DNA of 64,000 bases from Chloroflexota bacterium (GTDB lineage: Bacteria > Chloroflexota > Dehalococcoidia > GIF9 > AB-539-J10): contig JBBIMO010000003.1 in NCBI GenBank assembly GCA_037444365.1, positions 10,854 to 74,853 on the forward strand. The letters run 5' to 3'. Shown here one piece after another: positions 21,287-31,937 of this stretch. Position numbers and translations under genes: made by a program. Numbering within the stretch: position 1 is the first letter of the stretch; the number at the start of each line of letters is the position of its first letter. The notes below the pieces were generated by a model. That model was given only the letters and a program-made list of their open reading frames with translations. It was not told where the DNA came from and made no database searches.

Positions 21287-22792
21287 ATGAGTAAGTTCAG
21301 TGACTATGACAAATATGATGGCCTTGGTCTGGCGGAGCTGGTGCGCAGGAAGGAAATCAAGCCAGGCGAACTGGTCGGAGAGGCAATAAGCCGCATCGAA
21401 AGACTCAATCCCCAGCTTAATGCAGTAATCTACAAGATGTATGATCTGGCTCGCAAAGCTGCAGACGCAGACCTGCCGGATGGCCCCTTCAAAGGTGTTC
21501 CATTTCTAATGAAGGATATCCTGATGGCTTATGCTGGAGTTCCCCTGACCAACGGCAGCAGATTCTTCAGGAATCTTATACCCGGCCATGATAGCGAGCT
21601 TGTCAAGCGCTTCAAGGCAGCCGGAGTTATCGTCGTTGGAAAAACCAACCTGCCAGAGTTTGGACTGGCGCCAGTAACCGAGCCAGAGTTGTTTGGTCCA
21701 ACCAACAACCCTTGGGACCTGATGCGCACGCCAGGCGGCTCCAGCGGCGGCTCGGCTGCCGCGGTAGCCGCACGAATGGTGCCCCTGGCTCATGCCAGCG
21801 ATGGTGGCGGTTCCATTCGAATGCCAGCGTCTTGTTGTGGTGTGTTCGGTTTGAAGCCAACCCGGGGTCGCAATCCCATAGGCCCCGATTTTGGTGAAGC
21901 GTGGCGTGGGTTACACTGCGATCACGTACTAACTCGGTCGGTTCGTGACAGCGCTGCCATGCTGGATGCCACCGCCGGCCCGGACATCGGAGCTCCTTAC
22001 TATGCCGCGCCACCTGCTCAGCCATTTCTGAACGAGGTTGGCACTGCGCCCGGTAAGCTACGGATTGCCTTCACTTCGAGGCCTTTTCTTAGTGCCGCTG
22101 TTCACACGGATTGTGTGAAAGGCCTGGAGGCGACGGCTCGACTATGCCGTGACCTCGGCCATGAGGTCGTAGAAGCAACACCTCAGATAGACAGTCAAGC
22201 CTTTGCTAGAGCCTTCCTGACAATAGTCTGTGTGGAGACAAGAGTCGCAATTGATGAGGCTGAGGTGTTACTAGATCGCAAAGCTTCGTTCACGGACTTT
22301 GAGCCCAGCACATGGGCAGTCGGCTTGCTGGGCAGGCAGTGCCGGGCGGCTGAGTTCTCCAAGTCTCTCAATATGGTGCAACGGACAGCACGGGACGTTG
22401 GCGGGTTCTTTGAAAAGTACGATGTTCTGCTGACGCCAACGCTGCCCATGCCGCCTATAGCCAGAGGCACCCTCCAGCCGAAAGGGACACAAGCTGTCGC
22501 TATGAAGTTGCTTGGTAGTCTCAATGCCGGCTGGTTGATCAACAGGTTCAGTGGAATGGATGTTCTTGCCCAGCACGTCTTCGAACATATGCCCTACACG
22601 CCTTTGTTCAATGTCACAGGCCAGCCAGCAATGTCAGTCCCACTCTACTGGAACCACGAGGGGCTGCCAATTGGCATGCAGTTTGTTGGCAGATACGGTG
22701 ACGAAGCCACCTTGTTTCGTCTGGCCGGTCAACTCGAAATGGCAAGGCCGTGGGTTGAGCGCATTCCTCCAATCTGTGCCACCGTTAACTAG
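21287..22792 (+). CDS. amidase-signature family hydrolase (not GatA)
   Basis: [41 protein letters not shown]. Confidence 0.92.
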   Translation: MSKFSDYDKYDGLGLAELVRRKEIKPGELVGEAISRIERLNPQLNAVIYKMYDLARKAADADLPDGPFKGVPFLMKDILMAYAGVPLTNGSRFFRNLIPGHDSELVKRFKAAGVIVVGKTNLPEFGLAPVTEPELFGPTNNPWDLMRTPGGSSGGSAAAVAARMVPLAHASDGGGSIRMPASCCGVFGLKPTRGRNPIGPDFGEAWRGLHCDHVLTRSVRDSAAMLDATAGPDIGAPYYAAPPAQPFLNEVGTAPGKLRIAFTSRPFLSAAVHTDCVKGLEATARLCRDLGHEVVEATPQIDSQAFARAFLTIVCVETRVAIDEAEVLLDRKASFTDFEPSTWAVGLLGRQCRAAEFSKSLNMVQRTARDVGGFFEKYDVLLTPTLPMPPIARGTLQPKGTQAVAMKLLGSLNAGWLINRFSGMDVLAQHVFEHMPYTPLFNVTGQPAMSVPLYWNHEGLPIGMQFVGRYGDEATLFRLAGQLEMARPWVERIPPICATVN

Positions 22793-22917
22793 CAGCTATG
22801 TTGGCCGTTTGGAGTCCAGGATGCCTGGCTACGGGATGCTGACAATTCCGGGATCAACCCCGTCGGGTTGTGACACAATTGTTCACCCAGAACTATGGCA
22901 ATTTGGCGGTCAATTGC

Positions 22918-22946
22918 TTGAGCTAGCTAACGCTTGTTGTTATACT
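22918..22946 (+). promoter_or_regulatory. rnc promoter
   Basis: TTGAGC-N17-TATACT with TGn extension, 11 nt before ATG 22958. Confidence 0.55.
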
Positions 22947-22957
22947 TAATCCTGACA

Positions 22958-23656
22958 ATGACTGATTGGAACGGTTGCCAGAAGAACCTAGGAATATCTT
23001 TCCGCCAGGAGTCTTTGCTGGAACAAGCGTTCGTGCATTCGTCTTATTGTAACGAGAATCCCGACTTTGCCTGGCCAAGTAACGAGCGTTTGGAATTCCT
23101 CGGCGATGCCGTGCTTAACTTCATTGTTACAGAAAGGTTATACGAAGAGTATCTTTGCCTGCCCGAAGGAGAACTCAGTGAGATTCGTGCTTATCTGGTT
23201 TGCCGGGATACGCTGTCTCACCTTGCCTCTTCGCTCAAGCTTGGTGACTGGCTGTTGCTGGGACGAGGTGAGGAGGCAAGCGGGGGTAGAACAAAGGCCA
23301 GCAACCTAGCTAACGCTATCGAAGCGCTGATCGGTGCCTTGTATTTAGACCAGGGAGTAGATGAGGCCCGGAGATTTGTTCTCAGGCAGCTCAAGCCAGA
23401 ATTGGAAAAGACAAAGGCAGGCAAGATGACCCCAAACTACAAGGCATTGGTGCAGGAGTTCGTCCAGGGACAGAAACGACCAACGCCAGTCTACCATTTG
23501 GTAGAAGCTACTGGGCCTGACCACTGCAGGCAGTTTACCGCCGAAATCTTGGTCGAGGGCGAGTCACTGGGCAAGGGGACGGGAAAGAGCAGAAAAATTG
23601 CTGAAAGCCAAGCTGCAAGAGCAGCCTGGGAAAAACTGAGGAGTAGCCATGGGTAG
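22958..23656 (+). CDS. rnc: ribonuclease III
   Basis: NERLEFLGDAVL, ANAIEALIGALYLD, C-terminal dsRBD. Confidence 0.97.
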   Translation: MTDWNGCQKNLGISFRQESLLEQAFVHSSYCNENPDFAWPSNERLEFLGDAVLNFIVTERLYEEYLCLPEGELSEIRAYLVCRDTLSHLASSLKLGDWLLLGRGEEASGGRTKASNLANAIEALIGALYLDQGVDEARRFVLRQLKPELEKTKAGKMTPNYKALVQEFVQGQKRPTPVYHLVEATGPDHCRQFTAEILVEGESLGKGTGKSRKIAESQAARAAWEKLRSSHG

Positions 23657-23795
23657 ACGAGACTACAGAAAGCGAGAGCCAAAGAAGCCAAAGAAGGGGG
23701 CGCAGAAAGCCAAACCGATTTCGGTACTTGTGCCACAGGTGGAGGTAGAGGTAATAAAGAAGAAGAGGAAGCCCTCTGAGGAATTCGAGGAATAG
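23649..23795 (+). CDS. 48-aa Lys/Arg-rich small protein (absent from the ORF track)
   Basis: MGRRDYRKREPKKPKKGAQKAKPISVLVPQVEVEVIKKKRKPSEEFEE; SD GAGGAG 23638-43; ATG overlaps the rnc 3' end. Confidence 0.65.
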   Translation: MGRRDYRKREPKKPKKGAQKAKPISVLVPQVEVEVIKKKRKPSEEFEE

Positions 23796-23801
23796 ACTAG
23801 G

Positions 23802-24418
23802 TTGGCAGTTTGCCTGGGGCTTTGCCGCAGCGGCAAGCTCAAGCAACGGGTAGATGCCTCTGTTTCCTTGTTGGGGAAGTGCTGCCTATGTCCTCACGGT
23901 TGTGGTCTGAATAGGCTGGCTGGCGATGCCGGCAAGTGCTGCACTTATCGTCAAGCAGCGGTGTCCAGGTATGGACATCACCCCGGTGAGGAAGCTCCAT
24001 TAGTTGGCAGAGATGGTTCGGGCTCTGTATTCTTTGCTGATTGCAACCTTTCATGTCTCTTCTGTCGGAATCATCACATCAGCCACTTAGGCGAAGGCCA
24101 CAAAGTGACCAAACAGGAGCTAGTTTACATAATGCTTTGGCTCCAGGTTAGAGGATGCCACAACATTAAGTTGGCATCCCCAACCCGAGTATTTCCTCAG
24201 ATCCTGGAAACACTGCAGTTATTGGCAAAGCAATTTCCCGTAACACGTACGTCAATATCATGACTCAATACCATCCATGCCACGTGGCTCTGCAAATTGC
24301 AGGTGTATGGCGGCGGATCTCGTGCGCCGAACTTCGTGAAGCACTATCCTTAGCTCAGGGAGCAGGGCTAAGTCGGCTTGATAGAATCCGGTTTGTACAT
24401 ACGTTTCGCAGCCGCTGA
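23802..24418 (+). pseudogene. PflX-like radical SAM pseudogene (internal deletion plus frameshift)
   Basis: N-half: CCLCPHGC, HPGEEAPL, GSGSVFF, CNLSCLFC, GCHNI; C-terminal part NTYVNIMTQYHPC...GLSRLD continues in another frame; central core missing. Confidence 0.8.
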
Positions 24419-24459
24419 AAATGACAGGGAACGGCTCAAAATTGTGACACTAGCTGAGA

Positions 24460-24771
24460 GTGACGAAGGTAATTCAAAGTAACGAAATAGCCGACGTGGC
24501 ACGTCTTTCTGCCAAGGTCTATGGACGGGTGCAGGGCGTCTCCTTTCGTTACTTCGTTAGGGGCGAGGCGAAAAGGCTGGGGCTCACAGGCTATGTCCGC
24601 AACCTTGCTACCGGCGACGCCGTAGAGGTTCAGGCGGAAGGTGAGAAGTCGCAACTGAACAAACTACTGGAACAGCTTGAAGTAGGCCCTCCGACAGCTC
24701 GCGTCGACAGGGTGGAGGCAAGTTGGGCCGACTATTCGGGGCAGTTCGAAGACTTCACTATAAGATGCTAG
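24460..24771 (+). CDS. acyP: acylphosphatase
   Basis: GRVQGVSFR, GYVRN, VEVQAEG, GPPTARV. Confidence 0.93.
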   Translation: MTKVIQSNEIADVARLSAKVYGRVQGVSFRYFVRGEAKRLGLTGYVRNLATGDAVEVQAEGEKSQLNKLLEQLEVGPPTARVDRVEASWADYSGQFEDFTIRC

Positions 24772-24901
24772 AGAGGATCCTAATCACCAAAGCTTGAATT
24801 CAAAACAATATCAGAATCCCGAAGACCAAATGGTCTTGAATTCAGAAATCTGAATTAGCCCGCAGTTTAGACTAAGAATCCAGGTTAGCCAGGAGACCTA
24901 T

Positions 24902-25642
24902 CTAGTCCTCAAGTTGCACTCTGCCCTCGCTAATCAGTTTCAGGTGCTCGCAGTTGATTTCGGCGATTTGAGAAGCCCTGAGATCGATTTCATGAGGTTC
25001 ACCAATCAAAACCTTCCCGTAATCCTCCGCCTCTCCTTTTGTAGGGTCATCAGCATAACAGAACTTCTGACGGGCCTCGATGATGCCCAAATCGAAAGGC
25101 AAAGTGAAGTAGAGGTCGGCAAGGACCCTTTCTATGCCCAATTCATACAGAGCCGCCCAGCCCACACGCCTACCTCTCTTATACTTGCTCACCGGCAGAA
25201 GACTCAAAAGGTTTGCTATACTGAAGTGGCCAAGGCGACCACTAACCTTGAAAGGGGTGACGCTGATCAGGAAGTCACTGCGCAGCACCACGTTGGGCAC
25301 CCAGAAGCTTTCCACAGCATGAAATTCAGCCAGGGGATTCTCCACCTCGATGAAAATTGAATCCCTAATATCGAGCATAAGGACGTGATGGAAGTTGTAC
25401 CCTAGAGCTTGATATATCGGGTAAATCGACTCACCGCTAGGAGTCCCGTCTGCAATGAGGATATCGGCATTGCTAATTTTTCTGATGCCTCTGATAACAG
25501 CATTCAGTAGCTTTGGACTTGTGGTTACGGGATACGGCAAAGGGTAGCCGGCGCAGGGTTTAATCAAAACTCGCCTTGCCCAGGCAAGCTGCGGAGGAGG
25601 GACAAACACGAAATCCGAATCCTTGACAATCATTGTCTTCAT
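24902..25642 (-). CDS. DUF362-like protein
   Basis: VLIKP, PVTTSP, ILIADG, DFLISVTPFK, NL pattern. Confidence 0.65.
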   Translation of the reverse strand: MKTMIVKDSDFVFVPPPQLAWARRVLIKPCAGYPLPYPVTTSPKLLNAVIRGIRKISNADILIADGTPSGESIYPIYQALGYNFHHVLMLDIRDSIFIEVENPLAEFHAVESFWVPNVVLRSDFLISVTPFKVSGRLGHFSIANLLSLLPVSKYKRGRRVGWAALYELGIERVLADLYFTLPFDLGIIEARQKFCYADDPTKGEAEDYGKVLIGEPHEIDLRASQIAEINCEHLKLISEGRVQLED

Positions 25643-25664
25643 AATGACAACCAGATTTCAATAT

Positions 25665-26312
25665 TTACAAAGCCGACTGCAATAGCACAACCTCGCCGGT
25701 AGCGGATAGTTTGTCGCGCTCGAACTCAACCTCACTACTCCTCACTCTTCTGACGTTGTTCTTGCCCTTGAGGAAATCCTCAACGCTGGCCAAGGGATAG
25801 CCACACTTTGGAGTCTTAAAGTGCATAGGGATAACCACCTTCGGTTTTAGTTGATCACATACCTGACTGGCTACAGGAGCATCAATGGTAAAGAAGCCAC
25901 CAACAGGCAGAAACAGTATGTCCACGGCACCGATTTCGGTGACCTGTTCGGGACTGAGCGCGTGCCCTAGATCACCCAGGTGACAGAGCCTTATTCCGTC
26001 TACGGTGAAACAGAAAACAGTATTAGGTCCCCTTTGTTGGCCCTGAGAAGCATCGTGATAGGTAGCAACACCTTTCAACAGAACTTCCTTCACGCTTCTT
26101 TTGCCGCTGCCCTTAACTACTTCAAATCTCCCTTGTACGCTAGACACGTTGCTGTGGTCGCCATGGTCATGGCTCACCAAAACAACATCAGCAGCTTCCT
26201 TGATAGGGGAATAGTTAATACCCCCACCTACAGCATAAGGGTCGGTGATTACCCTCACGCCAGTTCCTGAGGTTATCAAGAAACAGGCATGCCCCAACCA
26301 CTTCACTTTCAT
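25665..26312 (-). CDS. metallo-beta-lactamase-fold hydrolase
   Basis: WLGHACF, TDPY, SHDHGDH, HLGDLGH, IPMH. Confidence 0.9.
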   Translation of the reverse strand: MKVKWLGHACFLITSGTGVRVITDPYAVGGGINYSPIKEAADVVLVSHDHGDHSNVSSVQGRFEVVKGSGKRSVKEVLLKGVATYHDASQGQQRGPNTVFCFTVDGIRLCHLGDLGHALSPEQVTEIGAVDILFLPVGGFFTIDAPVASQVCDQLKPKVVIPMHFKTPKCGYPLASVEDFLKGKNNVRRVRSSEVEFERDKLSATGEVVLLQSAL

Positions 26313-27826
26313 ATCGCATCCTCCTTTCTTGCCCTGCTTGAAGCCAACTCGACCAGAGTCCTAACGCCGAATCCGGTGGCTCCTTTGACATTGTATCCAC
26401 TCTCCTTGCTGGACAGACGCGGGCCAGCTATATCGACGTGAACCCAGGGCCTACCATCAACGAACTCCGCCAGGAAAAGCGCAGCGGTGATAGCCCCGCC
26501 ATACCTGTTGCCAGTATTCCTGATATAGGCAACGTCGCTCTTGATCTGCTCCTTGTACTCGTCAGCCAGAGGCATTGGCCACATCTTCTCGCCGACTCTA
26601 GCCGCAGCCTTCAGAACCTCGTCTATCCAGTCTTGGTCATTTCCGAATACGCCACCGTAGAGGAGACCTAAAGCAACACGACAAGCGCCGGTCAAAGTAG
26701 CCAAGTCTACTAGAGGAGACAACCCTTGCTTCAAGGCATAACCCAAGGCATCTGCCAAGATAAGCCTGCCTTCAGCATCAGTGCTTATTACTTCTATTGT
26801 CTTGCCATTCATGGCCTTGAGTATGTCTCCCGGCTTCAAGGCGGACCCACTAGGCAAGTTCTCAGTAGCGGGAATAACCGCAGTGACGTTAATTCTGAGT
26901 TTCAATTGAGCAATAGCCCCTATCGCTGTCATCACAGCAGCAGCACCAGCCATATCACCCTTCATCTCCTCCATTCCCTCTGATGGCTTGATCGAGATTC
27001 CTCCGGAATCGAAGGTTATGCCCTTGCCCAGAAAACCGAGAGTTCTCTCCGAACCGCCGTCTCCTTTGTAGCTAAGAATCATTAACTTGGGGGGCTGGTT
27101 GCTGCCGGCCGCCACGCCCAGCAGCGCCCCCATGCCCATCATCTCCATGTCCTTCCGGTCAAACACCTTGAACTCCAAACCATACCTGCCAGCTATTTCC
27201 CTAGCTACTTCAACCATCTGGCTGGGTGTCATATAGTTAGCCGGCTCATTAACCATATCCCGCGCCAAGTTGGTTGCTTCAGCCACTATCCTGGCTTTGC
27301 GAATGGCCAGCTCCAGGTGCGGGACTTTCCCCTCTTCTCTTGCCACTATCAGCATCTCTTCGATATCCTGATACTCCGGCTTCTTGTATTTCGCGAAGTT
27401 GTAAAGGCCAAGAAGAGCGCCCTCAGCTATGGCTTCAGCCGAAGCTCCAGGATCAATACCACCTGTTCCAGCACCATGCAGGATTGTAGCTATCCTGCGG
27501 CAATTCGCCTTACGCAACGTTCGACAGACCTCTCCCATCACCGCCCGAACTTTGTCCACGTTGAAGTCCTCACGCCTGCCCAACCCAGCAATAGCTACTA
27601 TCCCTGCCCCGACAGGCCGGGCTTTTCCGAAGGTATGGACAATAGTGACTTCACCAAACTTACCCTTGATCTCACCTCGACTGATGAGAGAAGTGATAGC
27701 CCCGTCCAAAGCATTATCCACAGCAGCAGTAGCACCGCCCGGTTGTGCCACACCTTCGAAAAGGTTCACCACCACGGCATCAGCTTCAGCTTGAGATATG
27801 TCTCCAACTATGACTCTAATGTCCAC
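26309..27826 (-). CDS. pepA: leucyl aminopeptidase (M17)
   Basis: GKGITFDSGGISIK, MKGDMAGAA, STDAEGRL, ATLTGA; GTG 27826 preferred over ATG 27865, which overlaps a -10-like TAAAAT. Confidence 0.95.
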   Translation of the reverse strand: MDIRVIVGDISQAEADAVVVNLFEGVAQPGGATAAVDNALDGAITSLISRGEIKGKFGEVTIVHTFGKARPVGAGIVAIAGLGRREDFNVDKVRAVMGEVCRTLRKANCRRIATILHGAGTGGIDPGASAEAIAEGALLGLYNFAKYKKPEYQDIEEMLIVAREEGKVPHLELAIRKARIVAEATNLARDMVNEPANYMTPSQMVEVAREIAGRYGLEFKVFDRKDMEMMGMGALLGVAAGSNQPPKLMILSYKGDGGSERTLGFLGKGITFDSGGISIKPSEGMEEMKGDMAGAAAVMTAIGAIAQLKLRINVTAVIPATENLPSGSALKPGDILKAMNGKTIEVISTDAEGRLILADALGYALKQGLSPLVDLATLTGACRVALGLLYGGVFGNDQDWIDEVLKAAARVGEKMWPMPLADEYKEQIKSDVAYIRNTGNRYGGAITAALFLAEFVDGRPWVHVDIAGPRLSSKESGYNVKGATGFGVRTLVELASSRARKEDAI

Positions 27827-27918
27827 AGCTATCCCTGAAAAACACACCCATTTCGGAAGATTCATTTTACTTCATTTAGGTAAAGATTTGAAGAGGTCAA
27901 ACGAGGGGAGCTTCCCAC

Positions 27919-28500
27919 TTATCTCTTTGTTGCCCGCGCTATCTTATCGATTGCCGCATTAATGTCGCGCGATATGTCAACAACAAGATGGTTGCCTGAA
28001 ACCTTTTGCCTCCGCGACTTCATCTTGCTGTATACTTCCCACCCTGGTTCTGAGTCATCATCCATAGGTGCATTTTCCGTGCCAGAAGGTGGTGCCGCGC
28101 GGCCGCGGAGATAGCTTCAACCCGCACGGGAATGAGTCTTGCTCCAGCCCTCTGTGCAGGGCGGTAGAGATACTATCGGTGGCGCTCCAGCGAGTTAACA
28201 CCATCAAAGATGACGGGAATTCCCCTTCCCAACAGTTCCCCAATGGGCACGTGGCAGACAGGGGAGAGGTGCTTGGTTTCGTCTTCATTGGTCTGCGGAC
28301 AGGGAAACAAGGTTTTTCGTAGTCTGTCGCCGGCCAGGATGAAAAGAAGGCGTCTTTCCGCTAGATTGCGAAGGAAAAAGGGACTTCACAGTGCCCGGCG
28401 AACCATTGACCAGTGTGAATGGAGGCTCTATCTGCGTCTCAGGTAAGCGATCAAGACTTCGTCCTAACTTCTGTACGTCTTCATTAAGACTGTCTGCCAC
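27919..28500 (-). pseudogene. AAA_33 / P-loop kinase pseudogene
   Basis: degenerate Walker A (GSPGTVKS), frameshift into ...DRLRKTLFP...GIPVIFDGVN, in-frame TAG, second frameshift into WEVYSKMK...VDISRDINAAIDKI*. Confidence 0.72.
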
Positions 28501-28596
28501 ATATCACAATTCTGGTGACGAATCAGCTTGCAAATTGAAATGGTTTCCTTTTCGGTTTTTCGGCATCAATGGCGGGCAGATCTGCGATATTTGAAC

Positions 28597-29670
28597 CTAC
28601 GGCTTCGTTAACCCGACAGTGTTAAGGAATGCAGCCACCACAACTGGATCGAACTGACTCCCAGCACAACGCTTGATTTCCTCTACAATGTCCGTGATGG
28701 ACATTGCTGACCGATACGGTCGGTCGGACATCATAGCATCAAAAGCATCGGCTAAAGACAGAATTCTGGCACCCATTGGTATGTCATCCCCCATGATGGT
28801 TTGATTCAGTCCTCTACCGTCATAACGGTCATGGTGGTGCTCAACCATCTCAACTATTCTCGCATTAACCACCGGCCGCACAATATCGGCACCCACCTGC
28901 ACATGAGTCATAATGTGCTCGTATTCCTCGTGTGTTAGCTTACCAGGCTTGTTCTGCACACTTGGGTCAACCGCGATCTTACCTATATCGTGTAGCAGGC
29001 TCGCCCAGCGTAAATCGTCCATACTCTGCGCAGGCAGGCCAAGCTCATTGCCCAGAGCCAACGCTATTTCAGTCACGCGGCGAGAATGTCCGCCGGTGTA
29101 CTTGTCCTTAGCCTCCAATGCAGATACCAACGCTTCGATCGCACCCCAGAAGAGCTCCTTGATCTCTCTTGTCTGCTCTTCAATCCTCTCCTCCAAGTAT
29201 TGCTGATACTCCCTTATCTCAAGCTGCAGGTGCCTTCTTTCCAGCGCTCTCTTGACTGCTAGAGAAAGCTCCTCCAGGTTGAAAGGCTTGCAGATATAGT
29301 CATCGGCGCCCTGCTTCAGACACTCAACGGCAACGTTAATCTCACTAATAGCCGTAACCATAATAACGGCCGTGTCAGGGTACCCGCACTTTATTTCGGG
29401 GAGGAGTTCAGTTCCTGACTTGCCAGGCATCTTAATATCCAGAACAACCACGGCAATCGCATTGGTCTCCAGCGTATTCAGGGCTTGTTCAGCATTGCCT
29501 ACTTCTTCACACTGGTAGCCTTCTGCTGTCAGCCTCTGCCGAATAAGCCTCCTGATTGGGGCTTCGTCATCTACGATGAGCAGCATTTCTGGACGGTTAG
29601 CCATACCCCCGTTCCTTCCTAGCCAATCTACCTTCGCCAACTGTTCTAGCTCACTTTCGTCTTTGCCCAT
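28597..29670 (-). CDS. response regulator with HD-GYP-type phosphohydrolase domain (RpfG-like)
   Basis: REC (IVDDE, LDIKMPG, KP) plus KDKYTGGHS, LLHDIGK, HHHDRYDG, ADAFDAM, RPYR; TAATG coupling to the kinase. Confidence 0.92.
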   Translation of the reverse strand: MGKDESELEQLAKVDWLGRNGGMANRPEMLLIVDDEAPIRRLIRQRLTAEGYQCEEVGNAEQALNTLETNAIAVVVLDIKMPGKSGTELLPEIKCGYPDTAVIMVTAISEINVAVECLKQGADDYICKPFNLEELSLAVKRALERRHLQLEIREYQQYLEERIEEQTREIKELFWGAIEALVSALEAKDKYTGGHSRRVTEIALALGNELGLPAQSMDDLRWASLLHDIGKIAVDPSVQNKPGKLTHEEYEHIMTHVQVGADIVRPVVNARIVEMVEHHHDRYDGRGLNQTIMGDDIPMGARILSLADAFDAMMSDRPYRSAMSITDIVEEIKRCAGSQFDPVVVAAFLNTVGLTKP

Positions 29671-31925
29671 TATGACACCTTCCTGTCGCCGCTAACCTGT
29701 CCTTCTGTACACGTTATCTGGGGTCGGCTGACGTAAGTAGGCAATTCCACAATAATAGTGGCTCCTTTGCCGGGCCGGCTCACGGCGTATATATGCCCCC
29801 CGTGCTCGGTCACTATGCCGTGGCAGATACTCAACCCGAGCCCGGTTCCTTTGCCCGCCTCTTTAGTGGTGAAAAAGGGATCAAATATCCGCCGGACATT
29901 CTCCGGCGGAATACCCGGCCCATCATCAGCAAAGGAAATCACCACTGCATCGTTCTGTTTTCTGGTGGTGATATTCAGGACTCCTTTGTCATGTGCCTTG
30001 ATCATGAAGTATTCGGCGTTGATGATGATGTTCATGCAAACCTGCTGCATCTGGAAATGATCCACCATGATTTCAGGCAGGTCCGGAGCAAGATGTGTCT
30101 GGATTTCGATACCATTAACCTTGTGTTCATAAGCACGCAATTTCAGCACATCCTCAATGATGCCATTCATCTGGCTCAGTCGCTTCACAGGTGCCTGCTT
30201 CCGGGCAAACGTAAGAAGATTATTGGTGACACTGGCTGCACGCTGAGCCTGGCTGTTGATAAGCCTCAGGTCCTCACGGATATCGTCGGGGAGTTCCTTC
30301 TGCATAAGCAATTGTGAGAAACCGATAATGCTCGTCAGCGGATTGTTGAGTTCGTGGGCGGCGCCTGCTGCCAACTCGCCAACACAGGCCAGCCGCTCAG
30401 TCAGCATAAGCCGCTCGTTTTGCCGCTTCTGCTCAGTAATATCGATAAAAGAAACCAGGCCCGCTAATCTGCCCTCATGCACAATCCTCACACCTGTCAC
30501 ACTCACCCACATTTCCCTCCCACCTCTGGTCACCACTCGCAACTCCAGAGCCCGCCGCAAGTCTTGTTCAACCAGCCCCTTTGACATAAGCTCACGAACC
30601 TTCTCCCGGTCCTCAGGAGAGAAGAAATCGAGCGGATTTGCACCAATGACCTCCTCTGTGGAACTAAATCCAAGAGTTTTGGCAGCGGCTTGATTAGCCA
30701 TCACTACTCTGAGAGCTTCGATGTCAACAACGACCGTGCCAGTGACCGTACTGTCAAACAAAGCTCTATACTTCTCCTCGCTTTGTCGCAATGCCACCTC
30801 CATCGTCCTGCGGTCGGTGACATCGCGTCCAACGCCTCGGAACCCGATGATCTGCCCCTTCTCATTTCGCAGCGGAGAGACGGATGCTTCCACAAACCCG
30901 CGAGTCCCATCTTTGTGGATGACTCTCCAGGGAAACCCTTTGTTTGGTATGCCAGTCTTGTACACTTTGTTAAAGACTTCATATACTGATTGGGCATCAT
31001 CCACAGCCGTGATTTTTTTGTAGCTCATGCCCACCAACTCTTCCCTGGAGTATCCCAGGTTGCGACACACGGCACTATTGAAGAAGGCAAAGTGTCCGCC
31101 GACATCAACCTCAAAATAGCTATCTTCCATCTCCTCCAGAATAGTGCGATACCTCTCTTCAGACTGCCTCAGCGCCTCTTCAATCTGCCTACGCTCAGTG
31201 ACATCCATAGTAATCACATAGACGACCTCTTTGCCTGAAGTCTTCGCGGGTACCACTACGTGGTGGAAGTGTCTTCCCGCTCTTTCGTCCTCGAAAACCT
31301 GGGCTTGCCATTCATCCAAGACCTTTCTCACATTTGCCAGTCGGCGCTGCGCAATCTCCTGAGGCGTCACCTCGAACAACGTCTTGCCAATCACTTCTTC
31401 CAAAGGAATCCCAAGGCTTCTGGCAACTGCAGGATTCGCAGCAAGGTGTCTTCCCTCTCTATCCAGTTGTGCGATGCAATCCGGGGAAGTCTCAAATAGC
31501 AGGCGGTACTTGTGTTCAGACTCTTCCAGATTTTCCTCTAACTGCATCCTCCCGGTGACTTCCATGTAATTCCCCAGAATTGCTGGCCTTCCACGGTACC
31601 GGACGGATTTGACCGCGGCCATGACCCAAACGATTGTGCCGTCCTTGCAGGTCACCCTGAATTGATAGGGCGAAAGCAGCTTTCCCTTCAACATCCTTAT
31701 CGTATTTTCTCTGACCATCCTTCTATGTTGAGGCACCACAAAATCCAGAGCATCCTTACCTATCAGTTCATCCGCCGTGTAGCCCACGGCGATTGGGAAG
31801 GCGGAATTGACATAGCAGAATGTTCCATCCTGGATGATACAGACACCTGCCGGCATTTCCTCGCTGAAGGTTCTGAGCATTCCGTCCTCGTTCGCGGACC
31901 TGACCACAGATCTTGCTGATTTCAT
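29670..31925 (-). CDS. cytoplasmic multi-PAS sensor histidine kinase
   Basis: four PAS/PAC repeats (SEERYR-type linkers), AHELNNPL, DDGPG, FDPFFTTK, GTGLGL; no TM helix. Confidence 0.93.
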   Translation of the reverse strand: MKSARSVVRSANEDGMLRTFSEEMPAGVCIIQDGTFCYVNSAFPIAVGYTADELIGKDALDFVVPQHRRMVRENTIRMLKGKLLSPYQFRVTCKDGTIVWVMAAVKSVRYRGRPAILGNYMEVTGRMQLEENLEESEHKYRLLFETSPDCIAQLDREGRHLAANPAVARSLGIPLEEVIGKTLFEVTPQEIAQRRLANVRKVLDEWQAQVFEDERAGRHFHHVVVPAKTSGKEVVYVITMDVTERRQIEEALRQSEERYRTILEEMEDSYFEVDVGGHFAFFNSAVCRNLGYSREELVGMSYKKITAVDDAQSVYEVFNKVYKTGIPNKGFPWRVIHKDGTRGFVEASVSPLRNEKGQIIGFRGVGRDVTDRRTMEVALRQSEEKYRALFDSTVTGTVVVDIEALRVVMANQAAAKTLGFSSTEEVIGANPLDFFSPEDREKVRELMSKGLVEQDLRRALELRVVTRGGREMWVSVTGVRIVHEGRLAGLVSFIDITEQKRQNERLMLTERLACVGELAAGAAHELNNPLTSIIGFSQLLMQKELPDDIREDLRLINSQAQRAASVTNNLLTFARKQAPVKRLSQMNGIIEDVLKLRAYEHKVNGIEIQTHLAPDLPEIMVDHFQMQQVCMNIIINAEYFMIKAHDKGVLNITTRKQNDAVVISFADDGPGIPPENVRRIFDPFFTTKEAGKGTGLGLSICHGIVTEHGGHIYAVSRPGKGATIIVELPTYVSRPQITCTEGQVSGDRKVS

Positions 31926-31937
31926 TCGTTAGCCCTT

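Noticed and set aside
21287-22792. gatA partner of gatB
   Set aside because: It lacks GatA-specific motifs (e.g. DEFAMGS, SDTGGSIRQP) and looks like a general amidase.
24772-24901. AT-rich quasi-repetitive spacer (TGAATT x3) as a MITE or CRISPR remnant
   Set aside because: No regular period, terminal inverted repeats or spacer structure.
28098-28125. In-frame TAG near 28172 and nearby GC-rich palindromic sequence as a recoding (pyrrolysine) signal
   Set aside because: The host ORF also has frameshifts and a broken Walker A, so ordinary decay explains it.
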